This document shows, one piece after another, positions 20,541 through 32,199 of a stretch of DNA of 64,000 nucleotides; the stretch's first letter is position 1, and every line of letters begins with the position of its first letter. The notes beneath the pieces are model-generated. The model was given only the letters and a program-made list of their open reading frames with translations, was not told the origin of the DNA and ran no database searches. Origin of the DNA: Bacillota bacterium (GTDB taxonomy: Bacteria; Bacillota; SHA-98; UBA4971). Location of the stretch: NCBI GenBank assembly GCA_050949175.1, contig JBMNFG010000009.1:895-64894 (forward strand), given 5' to 3'. The position numbers were made by a program, and so were the translations under genes.

Positions 20541-21392
20541 TTATTCCTCTCCGCGTGACGGAGCGTCCGGGGACCGTCTTTCAAAAGGCACAGGCACATA
20601 CTGGACAGAAGGCCTGCGCTGAGCAGGCTGCGGATAAAGCTCCATGAGCTGGTATACCTCTTCCGGCATCTCGTGGCACACGGCAAGGCCCATATCCCGC
20701 AGCATTCGGCAGGTAATAGGATAATCATGAGTCCATCTGCCTTCCGTTAAGGTCCTTGCAATCTCCTGTGCTTTATCTTCAGGGAATTTTTCCAGCAGCA
20801 AATTATAGACGCTTTCATAGACTTGCACCATGGCTTTGGCAGCCATATCCCCCAGTATGAGGGTGGTATCGTCCAGCGAGTTCTTGTCCTTTTGTTCAAT
20901 AGCTTTCAAAATGGATACTGCAGGATAATTGCCAAGTTGAGGGTCTATAGGGCCTAAGACTGCATGTTCGTCCATGATGATCTCGTCTGCTGCGAGTGCC
21001 AGCAGTGTCCCGCCTGACATGGCATAGTGAGGCACAAATACTGTGACTTTAGCTTCATGGCTTGCCAATGCCCGTGCAATTTGTTCTGCAGCCAATACCA
21101 AGCCCCCCGGTGTATGGAGTATAATGTCGATAGGGACATTTTTCGGTGTGCGTCTTATGGCTCTTAGAATGTGCTCCGAGTCCTCGATATCGATATGTCG
21201 CGATATAGGGATCCCTAAGATGCTGATAGCTTCCATCCTGTGGATCATGGAAATGACCCGAGATCCCCTTTTTCGCGACATCGTATTCAGAAGCTTTACT
21301 CGGGCGAGTTCGATGCGTCTTTTCTCGAAGAGGGGCGAAAGGAAGCTGGACGCAATTAGGATCAACCACAATATGCTGAATAAGGAACTCAT
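20541..21392 (-). CDS. Membrane-anchored ClpP/S49-class serine protease (SDH 'serine dehydrogenase proteinase' family)
   Basis: 283 aa. N-terminal TM (LFSILWLILIASSFL). Block IDIILHTPGGLVLAAEQIARAL...AMSGGTLLALAADEIIMDEHAVLGPIDPQ is typical of this peptidase family. Confidence 0.55.
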   Translation of the reverse strand: MSSLFSILWLILIASSFLSPLFEKRRIELARVKLLNTMSRKRGSRVISMIHRMEAISILGIPISRHIDIEDSEHILRAIRRTPKNVPIDIILHTPGGLVLAAEQIARALASHEAKVTVFVPHYAMSGGTLLALAADEIIMDEHAVLGPIDPQLGNYPAVSILKAIEQKDKNSLDDTTLILGDMAAKAMVQVYESVYNLLLEKFPEDKAQEIARTLTEGRWTHDYPITCRMLRDMGLAVCHEMPEEVYQLMELYPQPAQRRPSVQYVPVPFERRSPDAPSRGEE

Positions 21393-21586
21393 GATAGTAG
21401 TCCTCCTCTAGGTTGATTGCGAAATCTATTGTCCTTATGTTATCTTAAGAAAGCTTTCCCATATCCTCAGTTTATCCAGAAGGCAGGACATATTCAAGGT
21501 GATTGTGGAACTCTTTGACTTACTGCCTAATAGCAGTACAATTTGACGTAAGATTTATTGCGCGTGCGGAGTGGAGGTTTTTGTTA

Positions 21587-22756
21587 ATGGAACCGGATTT
21601 CAATTTTGACAGGGTGATCGAACGTTACGGTACTGATTCAATTAAGTGGGATACGCAAGGTAGGGATATAATTCCTATGTGGGTTGCGGATATGGATTTT
21701 GAATCCCCCCGCGAGGTGCAGGATGCCATCATAGAGAGGGCCGGGCATGCGATTTACGGGTATACTGTTGAATCAGCCGGCCTTAAGAGAGCAGTCGTAG
21801 ATTGGCTCAGCCGAAGACACAACTGGACGATAGATCAAGACTGGATAGCGTTTGCTCCGGGAGTTGTGCCCGGCATACGAGTGCTCCTTGACATCCTTAC
21901 CTCACCCGGGGACAAAGTCATCGTTCAGTCCCCTGTCTATCCGCCGTTCTTCAGGGTGACTCGAGAAAGCGGCTGTACCGTCCTGAATAATCAGTTGATA
22001 TACGAAAACAATCGTTACACCATGGATTTTGCAGATCTCGAAGAGAAAGCAAAGGATCCGCAGACGACAGCCCTCGTCCTCTGCAGCCCCCATAATCCGG
22101 TGGGAAGGGTTTGGACAAAGGATGAGCTTGCTACGCTGGGCAATATCTGCAGAGAGCACGGAGTTTTTATTATATCAGATGAGATCCATTCTGACCTGGT
22201 TTATAAGGATTACAAACACACTCCCCTGGCTTCGATATCCGATACACTCAGGGACATCACGTTTACCTGCATTTCTCCCAGCAAGACGTTTAACTTGGCC
22301 GGGTTGAAGACGGCATTTGTGATAATACCTGACCCTGAAGTTATGGAGAGATATGAAGCATCTCCTTTGCCGAAACAGGCCACGGTTTTCGGAGGCATTG
22401 CGGCTGAAGTTGCCTACAGCCAGGGAGAAAGGTGGCTCGGCGCACTTCTCGACTACATAGAGGGCAATCGGCAGTATTTGAAAACGTATTTGAGGGAGAA
22501 TATCCCGCAGATTGTAGACGTTGAAAATGAAGGTCTTTACCTGGTTTGGTTGGATTGCAGAGAGCTTGGCCTGGATGCTGAAGGTTTGGAACGCTTTATG
22601 TTGGACAAGGCTGGGCTGTGGGTTAACCAGGGCTACACCTTCGGAAGCGGTGGAGAAGGGTTCGTCAGAATGAATCTGGGTTGTCCCCGTTCCATCCTGG
22701 AGAAGGGCCTTGCCAGGTTGCATAAGGCAGTGAACGATCTCCGGCGCGCAATGTAG
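21587..22756 (+). CDS. patB: PLP-dependent C-S lyase / aminotransferase class I-II (MalY/PatB cystathionine beta-lyase-like)
   Basis: Start trimmed to MEPDFNFDRVIERYGTDSIKWD; PLP-lysine region ISPSKTFNLAGL. Confidence 0.75.
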   Translation: MEPDFNFDRVIERYGTDSIKWDTQGRDIIPMWVADMDFESPREVQDAIIERAGHAIYGYTVESAGLKRAVVDWLSRRHNWTIDQDWIAFAPGVVPGIRVLLDILTSPGDKVIVQSPVYPPFFRVTRESGCTVLNNQLIYENNRYTMDFADLEEKAKDPQTTALVLCSPHNPVGRVWTKDELATLGNICREHGVFIISDEIHSDLVYKDYKHTPLASISDTLRDITFTCISPSKTFNLAGLKTAFVIIPDPEVMERYEASPLPKQATVFGGIAAEVAYSQGERWLGALLDYIEGNRQYLKTYLRENIPQIVDVENEGLYLVWLDCRELGLDAEGLERFMLDKAGLWVNQGYTFGSGGEGFVRMNLGCPRSILEKGLARLHKAVNDLRRAM

Positions 22757-22881
22757 CCCGTCCGCAGACCGGCTGCATGATAAGAAGGATACACTGGAAC
22801 TACAATTCTTACCTTGTTTTGACACTCCCACTGTAGTACAATTGCATGGGGAAGTCTGAATTTAATGGAGGGACCGCAAAG

Positions 22882-23766
22882 ATGGGGAACCAAGCATCAG
22901 TTGAATCAAAAAGAATGGTCGCAGAAAGATTCCGAGGCGGAGTCATCATGGATGTTACCACTCCCGAGCAGGCAAAGATAGCAGAAGATGCCGGTGCAGT
23001 TGCGGTTATGGCCCTTGAAAAAGTGCCTGCTGACATAAGAGCTCAGGGCGGAGTTGCCAGGATGTCCAGCTTGGAGACGATCATCTCCATTATGGAAGCG
23101 GTGAAGATCCCTGTCATGGCTAAATGCCGCATAGGACATTTTGTCGAAGCGCAAATACTGGAAGCTCTTGGGATTGACTTCATAGATGAAAGCGAAGTTT
23201 TAACCCCTGCTGATGAAGATTACTATATCGATAAGAACCGGTTCAAAGTGCCTTTCGTCTGCGGAGGCCGCAACTTAGGTGAAGCCCTTCGCCGTATTGC
23301 GGAAGGAGCCGCTATGATGCGCACAAAAGGCGAGCCCGGGACAGGCAATATTGTCGAAGCTGTGAGGCACATGAGACGCGTGCAGAGCGAGATCCGTCAA
23401 CTGGCCGGGATGCGCGAAGACGAGCTTATGGCGGTTGCCAGCGAATGGCGTGCTCCGTACGACTTAGTTAAGTGGGTAGCCAAGGAAGGCAAACTCCCTG
23501 TAGTCAACTTCGCTGCAGGCGGTGTTGCCACTCCGGCGGATGCAGCGCTCATGATGCAGCTGGGTGCGGACGGAGTATTTGTCGGCTCAGGGATATTTAA
23601 GTCTGCTAATCCTGCGGCAAGGGCCAAGGCGATTGTTGAAGCCACTGCCAACTTTGATGATGCGGATGTCCTCGTGAAGGTATCGAAAGGCCTGGGGAAG
23701 CCGATGGAGGGGATAGCAACAGCAACCCTGACAGATGAAGGGAAGCTGCTGACCAGGGGCAGTTAA
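22882..23766 (+). CDS. pdxS: Pyridoxal 5'-phosphate synthase subunit PdxS
   Basis: 294 aa from internal [25 protein letters not shown], (beta/alpha)8 SNZ/PdxS motifs. No pdxT adjacent. Confidence 0.9.
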   Translation: MGNQASVESKRMVAERFRGGVIMDVTTPEQAKIAEDAGAVAVMALEKVPADIRAQGGVARMSSLETIISIMEAVKIPVMAKCRIGHFVEAQILEALGIDFIDESEVLTPADEDYYIDKNRFKVPFVCGGRNLGEALRRIAEGAAMMRTKGEPGTGNIVEAVRHMRRVQSEIRQLAGMREDELMAVASEWRAPYDLVKWVAKEGKLPVVNFAAGGVATPADAALMMQLGADGVFVGSGIFKSANPAARAKAIVEATANFDDADVLVKVSKGLGKPMEGIATATLTDEGKLLTRGS

Positions 23767-23818
23767 CCCACTGTTTTCGTGCCCTTGGATTATAAACTCT
23801 AAGAGGAGGGCATAGTCA

Positions 23819-25066
23819 GTGTACGATATTGTCAGAGCCGTTGATCCGGAAGTGGCTGATGCGTTGCAGGGAGAAACGGAACGGCAGAGGAACAACATTG
23901 AGTTGATAGCCTCTGAGAACTTCACCAGCAGGGCGGTTATGGAAGCGCAGGGGTCAACTGCAACTAACAAGTATGCAGAAGGCTATCCCGGCAGACGCTA
24001 TTACGGCGGATGTGAATATGTAGATATTGTGGAGAGCCTTGCCATTGAAAGAGCCAAGGCCTTGTTCGGTGCAGACCATGCCAACGTCCAGCCTCATTCA
24101 GGGGCACAAGCCAATACCGCTGTTTATTTCGCTACGCTTATGCCCGGAGATACTGTCCTCGGAATGGATCTATCCCATGGCGGACACCTTACCCATGGAC
24201 ACCCTATAAACTTGTCAGGTAAGTATTTCAACTTTGTTCCGTACGGAGTGACAAAAGAAGAAGAGACCATTGACTATGATGCCCTTCTGAATCTAGCAAG
24301 AGAACACAAACCCAAAATGATTGTAGCAGGTGCCAGTGCATATCCCAGAGTTATCGACTTTAAGAGGATTCGGGAGATCGCTGATGAGGTCGGCGCCCTC
24401 GTAATGGTTGATATGGCGCACATTGCAGGCCTCATAGCGGCAGGACTGCATCCCAATCCTGTTCCTTATGCTGAGTTTGTCACCACCACGACCCATAAGA
24501 CCCTCCGCGGACCGAGGGGCGGATTAATCCTGTGTAAAGAGGAGTTTAAAAAGGCCATTGATTCAGCTGTCTTCCCAGGAACCCAGGGAGGCCCGCTGAT
24601 GCACGTGATTGCAGCTAAGGCAGTGGCTCTTAAAGAAGCTGCTTCTCCTGAGTTTAAAGCCTATCAGGAGCAAGTAGTGAAGAACGCGAAAGTCCTCGCT
24701 GAGGCACTTGGGAATCGTGGTTTCCGAATCGTATCAGGAGGCACAGACAACCACTTGATGTTGGTGAGCGTAAGAGAACTGGGACTCACCGGGCTGCAGG
24801 CAGAAAGGCTTCTTGACAGGTGTTCGATTACTGTGAACAAGAACACGATTCCTTTTGATCCTGAGAAGCCTTTCATAACCAGCGGGCTCAGAATAGGGAC
24901 TCCTGCTGTTACAACAAGAGGTATGAAAGAAGCAGAGATGCTCGAGATAGCAGAGATTATTTCAGATGTCCTGCACAATCCCGATGATGAGGATATCCTG
25001 GCAAATGCAAAGGAAAAGGTGGAAAGCCTAACTAAGCGTTTCCCTCTTTATCCTAATCTGGCATAA
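23819..25066 (+). CDS. glyA: Serine hydroxymethyltransferase
   Basis: 415 aa. [22 protein letters not shown] (PLP-lysine region). Confidence 0.95.
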   Translation: MYDIVRAVDPEVADALQGETERQRNNIELIASENFTSRAVMEAQGSTATNKYAEGYPGRRYYGGCEYVDIVESLAIERAKALFGADHANVQPHSGAQANTAVYFATLMPGDTVLGMDLSHGGHLTHGHPINLSGKYFNFVPYGVTKEEETIDYDALLNLAREHKPKMIVAGASAYPRVIDFKRIREIADEVGALVMVDMAHIAGLIAAGLHPNPVPYAEFVTTTTHKTLRGPRGGLILCKEEFKKAIDSAVFPGTQGGPLMHVIAAKAVALKEAASPEFKAYQEQVVKNAKVLAEALGNRGFRIVSGGTDNHLMLVSVRELGLTGLQAERLLDRCSITVNKNTIPFDPEKPFITSGLRIGTPAVTTRGMKEAEMLEIAEIISDVLHNPDDEDILANAKEKVESLTKRFPLYPNLA

Positions 25067-25395
25067 AAATAACTACTCGAATATCAGCAGTTTGGATTAC
25101 AATACCTGATCATCCTGTATGAACAGGACGGTCAGGTATTTCTTTGTATCTTCAGCGAAAAAACCTTTAATATTTAACCTTTTGAGATTTAGACGCGAAT
25201 TACATTCTTACTCGTAGGGGGCCTAAAATAAACCAAACTCCCTGAAAAAGCAAAAGGTGCATTAATATACGGGATGTGCTACAATAACTAAGGTGTATAT
25301 TCCAGATATATATGTTTAAATGTGCCTTGGAATCAGTAGAAAAACACCAGGGATCAGTTAGTAAAACTTTCACACATAAGTAAGGGGGCAAGGCT

Positions 25396-25971
25396 ATGGC
25401 AGAACTTCTAGAGATTCGTTGGCATGGAAGAGGCGGCCAAGGCGCAAAAACCGCTGCACTCCTGTTGGGAGAAGCAGTTTCGGCTTCAGGCAAGTACATT
25501 CAGGCCTTTCCTGAGTATGGTCCTGAGCGGATGGGTGCGCCTGTGCTTGCATTCAACCGCATTAGTGAGGAGCCTATTAGGCTGCATTGTCAAGTGTTGA
25601 ATCCTGCGATAGTAGTGGTTCTCGACGCTACGTTGCTTGAGGCAACAGACGTGACCGCAGGAGTGCCGGAGGATGGGTTGTATATCATTAATACCAACCT
25701 GTCACCTGAAGAGATGCGTGAGCAGTTGGGTATAACAGGTGGAAAGGTTTATACCCTGGATGCAACGCAGATAGCAATTGACACTATAGGAAGGGACATT
25801 CCTAACACTCCCATGATGGGAGCGCTTATCAGGACTACCGGTCTTTTGACCATCGATGAGTTCGTAAGCAATACCAGGGAAAGGCTTGAAGCTAAATTCC
25901 GTCCTGATATAGTTGAGAAGAATATTCAAGCTATTGAAAGGGCTTACCAGGAGGTGCAAGGAGAGGAATGA
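25396..25971 (+). CDS. porC: 2-oxoacid (pyruvate/2-ketoisovalerate):ferredoxin oxidoreductase, gamma subunit
   Basis: 191 aa. IRWHGRGGQGAKTA glycine-rich N-terminus of POR gamma; four-gene gamma-delta-alpha-beta order. Confidence 0.85.
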   Translation: MAELLEIRWHGRGGQGAKTAALLLGEAVSASGKYIQAFPEYGPERMGAPVLAFNRISEEPIRLHCQVLNPAIVVVLDATLLEATDVTAGVPEDGLYIINTNLSPEEMREQLGITGGKVYTLDATQIAIDTIGRDIPNTPMMGALIRTTGLLTIDEFVSNTRERLEAKFRPDIVEKNIQAIERAYQEVQGEE

Positions 25972-26282
25972 GTGCCGCGGAAAAGGGATGGAAGGACGTT
26001 CCCAAAGGCGGGCTGATCCTTGATGCCGGGAACGCTATGGAGTATGAAACCGGCGACTGGAGAACTTACAAGCCGGTGTGGGATGAAGAAAAATGCATCC
26101 ATTGCATGATTTGCTGGGTTTTCTGCCCGGATTCGTCAATAAAGGTTGAAGACGGAAAAATGGTGGGAATCGACTATAAGCACTGTAAGGGTTGTGGGAT
26201 ATGCTCTTTCGAGTGTCCCAGGAAAGCCATAGAGATGGTGCTGGAAACAGAAGAGAACGGGGAGGCTGGTGCCTGTGAGTAG
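25968..26282 (+). CDS. porD: 2-oxoacid:ferredoxin oxidoreductase, delta subunit (2x[4Fe-4S] ferredoxin)
   Basis: 104 aa. Two CxxCxxCxxxCP motifs (CIHCMICWVFCP, CKGCGICSFECP); overlaps neighbours (coupled). Confidence 0.85.
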   Translation: MSAAEKGWKDVPKGGLILDAGNAMEYETGDWRTYKPVWDEEKCIHCMICWVFCPDSSIKVEDGKMVGIDYKHCKGCGICSFECPRKAIEMVLETEENGEAGACE

Positions 26283-27459
26283 AAGAGTTGCGATTACCGG
26301 TAATGAAGCGGCAGCAGAAGCTATGCGCCAGATTAATCCAGATGTTGTGGCAGCCTACCCAATTACTCCTGCGACTGAGATCGTCCAGATCTTCGCTGAT
26401 TTTGTAGCCAACGGCGACGTTGATACAGAATTTGTCGCAGTAGAAAGTGAGCATTCTGCGATGAGCGCGACAATCGGCGCATCGGCTGCAGGCGCCAGGG
26501 CAATGACTGCTACAGCTTCACAGGGGCTTGCCCTTATGTGGGAGATGCTGTATATCGCTGCAGGGCTTAGGCTTCCGATAGTTGCTCCTATCGTAAACAG
26601 GGCTCTGTCAGCCCCGATTAATATCCATTGTGACCACAGTGACACAATGGGTGCGCGGGATTCCGGATGGATACAGATATACTCAGAAGATGCCCAGGAA
26701 GCTTACGATAACATTATCCAGGCTGTGCGCATTGCTGAGCATCCTGATATAAAGCTGCCTTGTATGGTGACTATGGACGGTTTCATTGTCAGCCACGGAA
26801 TGGGCAATGCCGAGCTTCTTGATGATGATGTGGTGCAGAAGTTTATCGGCGAGTATAAGCCTGAGCATTATCTGCTGGATGTAGATAATCCCATCACAGT
26901 AGGGGCTCTGGACTTCTCCGACTGGTACTTTGAGCACCGTCGTCAGCTGGCAGATGCACATACCAGGGTGAAAGACGTTGTTCTTCAGATAGCCAAGGAG
27001 TTTAAGGAGATCTCAGGCAGAGAATACAAGTTGTTTGATGCATATAGATTGGACGATGCCGAGGTAGCAATCGTTGTCATCAACTCCGCAGCAGGAACTG
27101 CCAAGACAGTGGTAGATCAGCTGAGAGAAAAAGGCCTTAAAGTCGGACTTCTTAAGATTCGGCTCTTCAGGCCGTTCCCTTATGAAGAGATCAGTGAAGC
27201 TTTGGCAGGCGTGAAAGCTGTGGCAGTTCTTGACCGGGCAGACAGCTTATCTTTGATGGGAGGCCCGCTGTACATCGACCTTCGTGCTGCGATGTATGAT
27301 GCACCCGGTCCAAGAGTCAAAATGGTGAACTACATTTACGGTCTCGGCGGACGAGACATCAATATGGAACAAATAGCCGGGGTATACGACGACCTATTCG
27401 AGATCGCCAAGACAGGCGAGATAAAGCAAGCCGTAACATACCTCGGAGTAAGGGAATAG
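26269..27459 (+). CDS. porA: 2-oxoacid:ferredoxin oxidoreductase, alpha subunit
   Basis: 396 aa. N-terminal ITGNEAAAEAMRQINPDVVAAYPITP is typical of POR alpha. Confidence 0.85.
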   Translation: MPVSRRVAITGNEAAAEAMRQINPDVVAAYPITPATEIVQIFADFVANGDVDTEFVAVESEHSAMSATIGASAAGARAMTATASQGLALMWEMLYIAAGLRLPIVAPIVNRALSAPINIHCDHSDTMGARDSGWIQIYSEDAQEAYDNIIQAVRIAEHPDIKLPCMVTMDGFIVSHGMGNAELLDDDVVQKFIGEYKPEHYLLDVDNPITVGALDFSDWYFEHRRQLADAHTRVKDVVLQIAKEFKEISGREYKLFDAYRLDDAEVAIVVINSAAGTAKTVVDQLREKGLKVGLLKIRLFRPFPYEEISEALAGVKAVAVLDRADSLSLMGGPLYIDLRAAMYDAPGPRVKMVNYIYGLGGRDINMEQIAGVYDDLFEIAKTGEIKQAVTYLGVRE

Positions 27460-27471
27460 GAGGCGGCATAT

Positions 27472-28407
27472 ATGGCAACTCTGAAGGAACTTTCGATGAG
27501 AGAAGATCTCCTGTGCGGCGGACACCGCGCATGCGCAGGCTGCGCCGCCCCTATCGCCATCAGACAGGCGTTAATGGCGGTGGACCCGGAGTCATCAGAC
27601 GTTGTGGTTGGCTGCGCTACGGGGTGTCTTGAAGTTACCACGACGATCTACCCGTATACAGCGTGGAGAGTGCCGTTTATTCACAGCGCGTTTGAAAACT
27701 CTGCAGCAACTGTCAGCGGCGTAGAGACTGCTTACAGGGCTCTGAAGAAGAAGGGTAAGATAGACAGGGACATCAAATTCATGGCCTTTGGTGGCGACGG
27801 AGGCACATACGATATCGGGCTTCAGTCCCTATCCGGTGCTATGGAGCGCGGACACAACATGCTCTATATCTGCTACGACAACCAGGCGTATATGAATACA
27901 GGAATACAGCGTTCCAGCGCAACCCCGAAGGGCGCCTCAACAACGACAAGTCCTGCAGGATCAGCAATTCCTGCCGGCAAGAAGCAGATCCGGAAGGATC
28001 TTACTCAAATAATGGTAGCGCACGGTATTCCGTATGCAGCCCAGGCTTCGCCCAGCAACTGGAGGGACTTTACCAGAAAGGTAGAGAAGGCCTTGGAGGT
28101 TGACGGTCCGGCATTCATCAACGTGCTGAGCCCGTGCAGGTTGGGATGGCGCTATGCTCCTGAGGAAACCATAGAACTGGCCCGTCTCGCAGTCAATACT
28201 TGCGCCTGGCCTCTCTACGAGGTAGAGAACGGTGTTGTGAAGATCAACTATAAGCCCAAGGACAAGCTACCGGTAGCTGAATGGTTGAAGAAGCAGGGAC
28301 GATTCCGTCACTTGTTTAAGCCTGGAAACGAGGCCTTGCTTGAGGAGATCCAGGAAGATATTGATCGCAACTGGAACAAGCTCCTGGCACTTGAGGCTAT
28401 GGGATAA
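27472..28407 (+). CDS. porB: 2-oxoacid:ferredoxin oxidoreductase, beta subunit (TPP-binding)
   Basis: 311 aa. TPP motif GDGG...YDNQAYMNTGIQ; Cys ligands for the proximal [4Fe-4S] (CAGCAAP). Confidence 0.85.
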   Translation: MATLKELSMREDLLCGGHRACAGCAAPIAIRQALMAVDPESSDVVVGCATGCLEVTTTIYPYTAWRVPFIHSAFENSAATVSGVETAYRALKKKGKIDRDIKFMAFGGDGGTYDIGLQSLSGAMERGHNMLYICYDNQAYMNTGIQRSSATPKGASTTTSPAGSAIPAGKKQIRKDLTQIMVAHGIPYAAQASPSNWRDFTRKVEKALEVDGPAFINVLSPCRLGWRYAPEETIELARLAVNTCAWPLYEVENGVVKINYKPKDKLPVAEWLKKQGRFRHLFKPGNEALLEEIQEDIDRNWNKLLALEAMG

Positions 28408-28433
28408 GTCGCCAACAGACGTCTCCTTAAGTG

Positions 28434-28462
28434 TTGACTTGAGATTCGTCTGATGGTATAAT
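28434..28462 (+). promoter_or_regulatory. Consensus sigma-A promoter (TTGACT - 17 nt - TATAAT) driving the serS leader
   Basis: TTGACT at 28434-28439, TATAAT at 28457-28462, exactly 17-nt spacer. Confidence 0.55.
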
Positions 28463-28468
28463 TCGCGC

Positions 28469-28823
28469 AAACTTAAATCGACTGATGCTTATTTGCGATG
28501 ACAAGGACTAGTAAGCTAAGGTTTCAGGGTAAGAGAGAGCCGGGTAAGGTGGGAACCGGCACCCTGACCTAGCTGAATCCACCTTTGAGCTGCGGGCCGA
28601 AAGGCAGCACTCATGCCTGGTAAGCCTGGCCGGTTGTACCCGTTAACGTACACTTGAGTGGGTCTAAGGTTTATGCTTGCTCATGTTATGTTCTCGGGCC
28701 TTCTCTGAGTTTTCCGGATACCGTCCGTGGGATAATCACGGTGAAGGTAGGAAGGAGCAAGGCAGGAAGGGATGTCCGGAGCAGCACCGCTTAGATCAAA
28801 CCAAGGTGGCAACGCGGGAGGTT
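28469..28823 (+). promoter_or_regulatory. T-box riboswitch leader (tRNA-Ser responsive) upstream of serS
   Basis: About 400-nt leader between promoter and serS. Contains AGAGA (GA/K-turn-like) motif, candidate specifier loop ...GAAUCCACC (UCC = Ser codon), and T-box sequence AACCAAGGTGGCAACGCGGGAG (28798-28820, consensus AAnnnGGGTGGnACCGCGG). Followed by a terminator. Confidence 0.65.
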
Positions 28824-30195
<1,372 letters not shown>

Positions 30196-30320
30196 TAATG
30201 CTTCCCTAAAAGGAGTTGCCGAGGCTGCTTGCCTGCTGAACAGGTAGATGCTATAATTACGATGCTGGGTTCGTATGGAGTCCTCAACTGGATCCTGAGC
30301 TGTGCGACCCGGCCGAGTGC

Positions 30321-30411
30321 GGAGGAGTGCCCGAGTGGATGAAGGGAGCGGTCTTGAAAATCGCCAGGGTCTTCGCGGCCCTCGTGGGTTCGAATCCCAC
30401 CTCCTCCGCCA
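30321..30411 (+). tRNA. tRNA-Ser (anticodon UGA), type II with long variable arm
   Basis: GGAGGAGTGCCCGAGTGG...anticodon loop CTTGAAA...long variable arm...GGGTTCGAATCCCACCTCCTCCGCCA; immediately after serS. Confidence 0.9.
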
Positions 30412-30416
30412 TTTCT

Positions 30417-31259
30417 TTATGTCGCTACCAGACGCCGGGTTTCCATCTCTTCATAGGAAACAATCCTCTGTTGCTGCCTTAGGCTTCCTCCGACAGAACC
30501 TTTCTGCACACCGAGAAGACGATGAAGATCATCCCAGATATCAGCAAACCCTGGTGAGTCCGGAGTGCGCGGCCTTGATATAGGGTTATCGATTACAGTC
30601 AGGATTCTTCCCGGTTGCGACGACATGGCTATGATCCGGTCCCCTTGGATGATCGCTTCTTCGATATTGTGGGTTACAAATAACACCGTTACCTTGGTCT
30701 TTTGCCAGATAGAAGCAAGTTCTTCCTGCAATGCTTTTCTCGTGAAAGTGTCAAGGCTTCCAAAAGGTTCATCCATAAGTAGGATCTTCGGTTGGACGGA
30801 GAGAGCCCTGGCGATTGCTACACGCTGTTTCATCCCTCCGGATAGCTGGTGGGGATAGAAGTCTTCATATCCTCTGAGGCCTACAAGGTTTATGTAGCTC
30901 TCTGCAAGAGTCCGGCTTTTCTTTTTGGTGCCTGCAGTGCGGGTGACGCGGAGGGCAAAGGCTACGTTTTCCAGGACAGTAAGCCAGGGGAATAGCTGGT
31001 CAAGTCCTTGGAACACCATCATTCTGTCTATGCCGGGGCGGTTTGCTTCTTGTCCTTCTACACGAACTGATCCTTGAGTTAATGTTTCGAATCCTGCTAT
31101 GCATCGGAGGAGGGTGGATTTACCGCACCCTGAAGGGCCGATAATAGTAATGAATTCACCTTCTTTGACAGACAAGTCGATATCCTGCAATGCAATAAGG
31201 GTGCGTTCGTGGACTCGGAAGTGTTTGGTCAGTTTTGATATGGTAAGGACGTGTTTCAT
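30417..31259 (-). CDS. ABC transporter ATP-binding protein, nitrate/sulfonate/taurine (SsuB/TauB) type
   Basis: 280 aa. Walker A GPSGCGKSTLL, signature LSGGMKQRVAIARAL, Walker B ILLMDEPFGSLD. Confidence 0.85.
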   Translation of the reverse strand: MKHVLTISKLTKHFRVHERTLIALQDIDLSVKEGEFITIIGPSGCGKSTLLRCIAGFETLTQGSVRVEGQEANRPGIDRMMVFQGLDQLFPWLTVLENVAFALRVTRTAGTKKKSRTLAESYINLVGLRGYEDFYPHQLSGGMKQRVAIARALSVQPKILLMDEPFGSLDTFTRKALQEELASIWQKTKVTVLFVTHNIEEAIIQGDRIIAMSSQPGRILTVIDNPISRPRTPDSPGFADIWDDLHRLLGVQKGSVGGSLRQQQRIVSYEEMETRRLVAT

Positions 31260-31293
31260 TGTTTTCCATCCTCCTGTGTGTTATGTCTACCTG

Positions 31294-32106
31294 TCACTCC
31301 AGGGTCATCCCCCACCGCCTGACTGTGCGGATCTCGATCTGCTCAAAGCATACCCTCTCCACGATTAGGCCGATGAGGACGATTACAATCATCCCTGCGA
31401 AGACCCCGGGCACTTCCATAAAGAACCGCCTTTTGTAAATGAACCACCCAAGGCCTCCTTCGCCACCTGACGCCCCGAAGACCATTTCCGATGCTACCAA
31501 GGCTTGCCATGCGCGCGCCCAGGCTACCCGGAGGCCGGACAGGATATAAGGGAATGCTCCGGGAATGAGGACTGTTCTAACCAGGTGCAATCCTTGGAGC
31601 CCCAGGTTTCTTCCGGCCTCTATCTGAGTTATAGGCACTGAGCGTAGTCCGGTATGGAGATTTGCAATCAGCGGCCATACTGCTGCAAACCAGATAACAG
31701 TCGCAATCGATTTCCTGCCTGTTCCCAGCCACAAGATGACAATAGGTAAGATGGCTATTCCCGGCAATGGGTGGAGGATAGCCATGAGAGTCTCAATGCA
31801 TTCTGACGCCACCGGCCAGCACATGGCGAGGGCGGTGGCTAAGACTGCGGAAGCAGTAGCCATGCTGAGGCCCCATGCAACAAGATTCAGGGAAAACCAT
31901 GTTCTGCCCAGCACTTCGCCGTTTAGGCTCTCCTTGATAAGCGCCTGGATTACGTGGCTGAACCGGGGGAAGAGCAGAGGAGGCAGATAGCCTGTGGATG
32001 CGATTAACTCCCATATGGCTGCAAGTGCTATGACGAACACTATCTGCCGGCAAGTCCTGCCCAGAAACCGGGCGCGGAAACGGTTTGTCGGTTTATTGGT
32101 CTCCAT
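31294..32106 (-). CDS. ABC transporter permease (SsuC/TauC-type, BPD_transp_1)
   Basis: 270 aa, 6 TM. EAA-like loop region (...LRVAWARAWQALVASEMVFG...). Confidence 0.8.
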   Translation of the reverse strand: METNKPTNRFRARFLGRTCRQIVFVIALAAIWELIASTGYLPPLLFPRFSHVIQALIKESLNGEVLGRTWFSLNLVAWGLSMATASAVLATALAMCWPVASECIETLMAILHPLPGIAILPIVILWLGTGRKSIATVIWFAAVWPLIANLHTGLRSVPITQIEAGRNLGLQGLHLVRTVLIPGAFPYILSGLRVAWARAWQALVASEMVFGASGGEGGLGWFIYKRRFFMEVPGVFAGMIVIVLIGLIVERVCFEQIEIRTVRRWGMTLE

Positions 32107-32199
32107 GAATCGGCCACCCTTCTGCTACAAATCCTTTTAATCTGCTGTAATCTGTAACAGTCTGCTGAGATTTGCACCGGTTCGAGAGGATCCTTCTTT

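Noticed and set aside
20321-20647. 108-aa plus-strand ORF spanning the tRNA-Ala gene
   Set aside because: Overlaps a canonical tRNA and its promoter; non-coding region.
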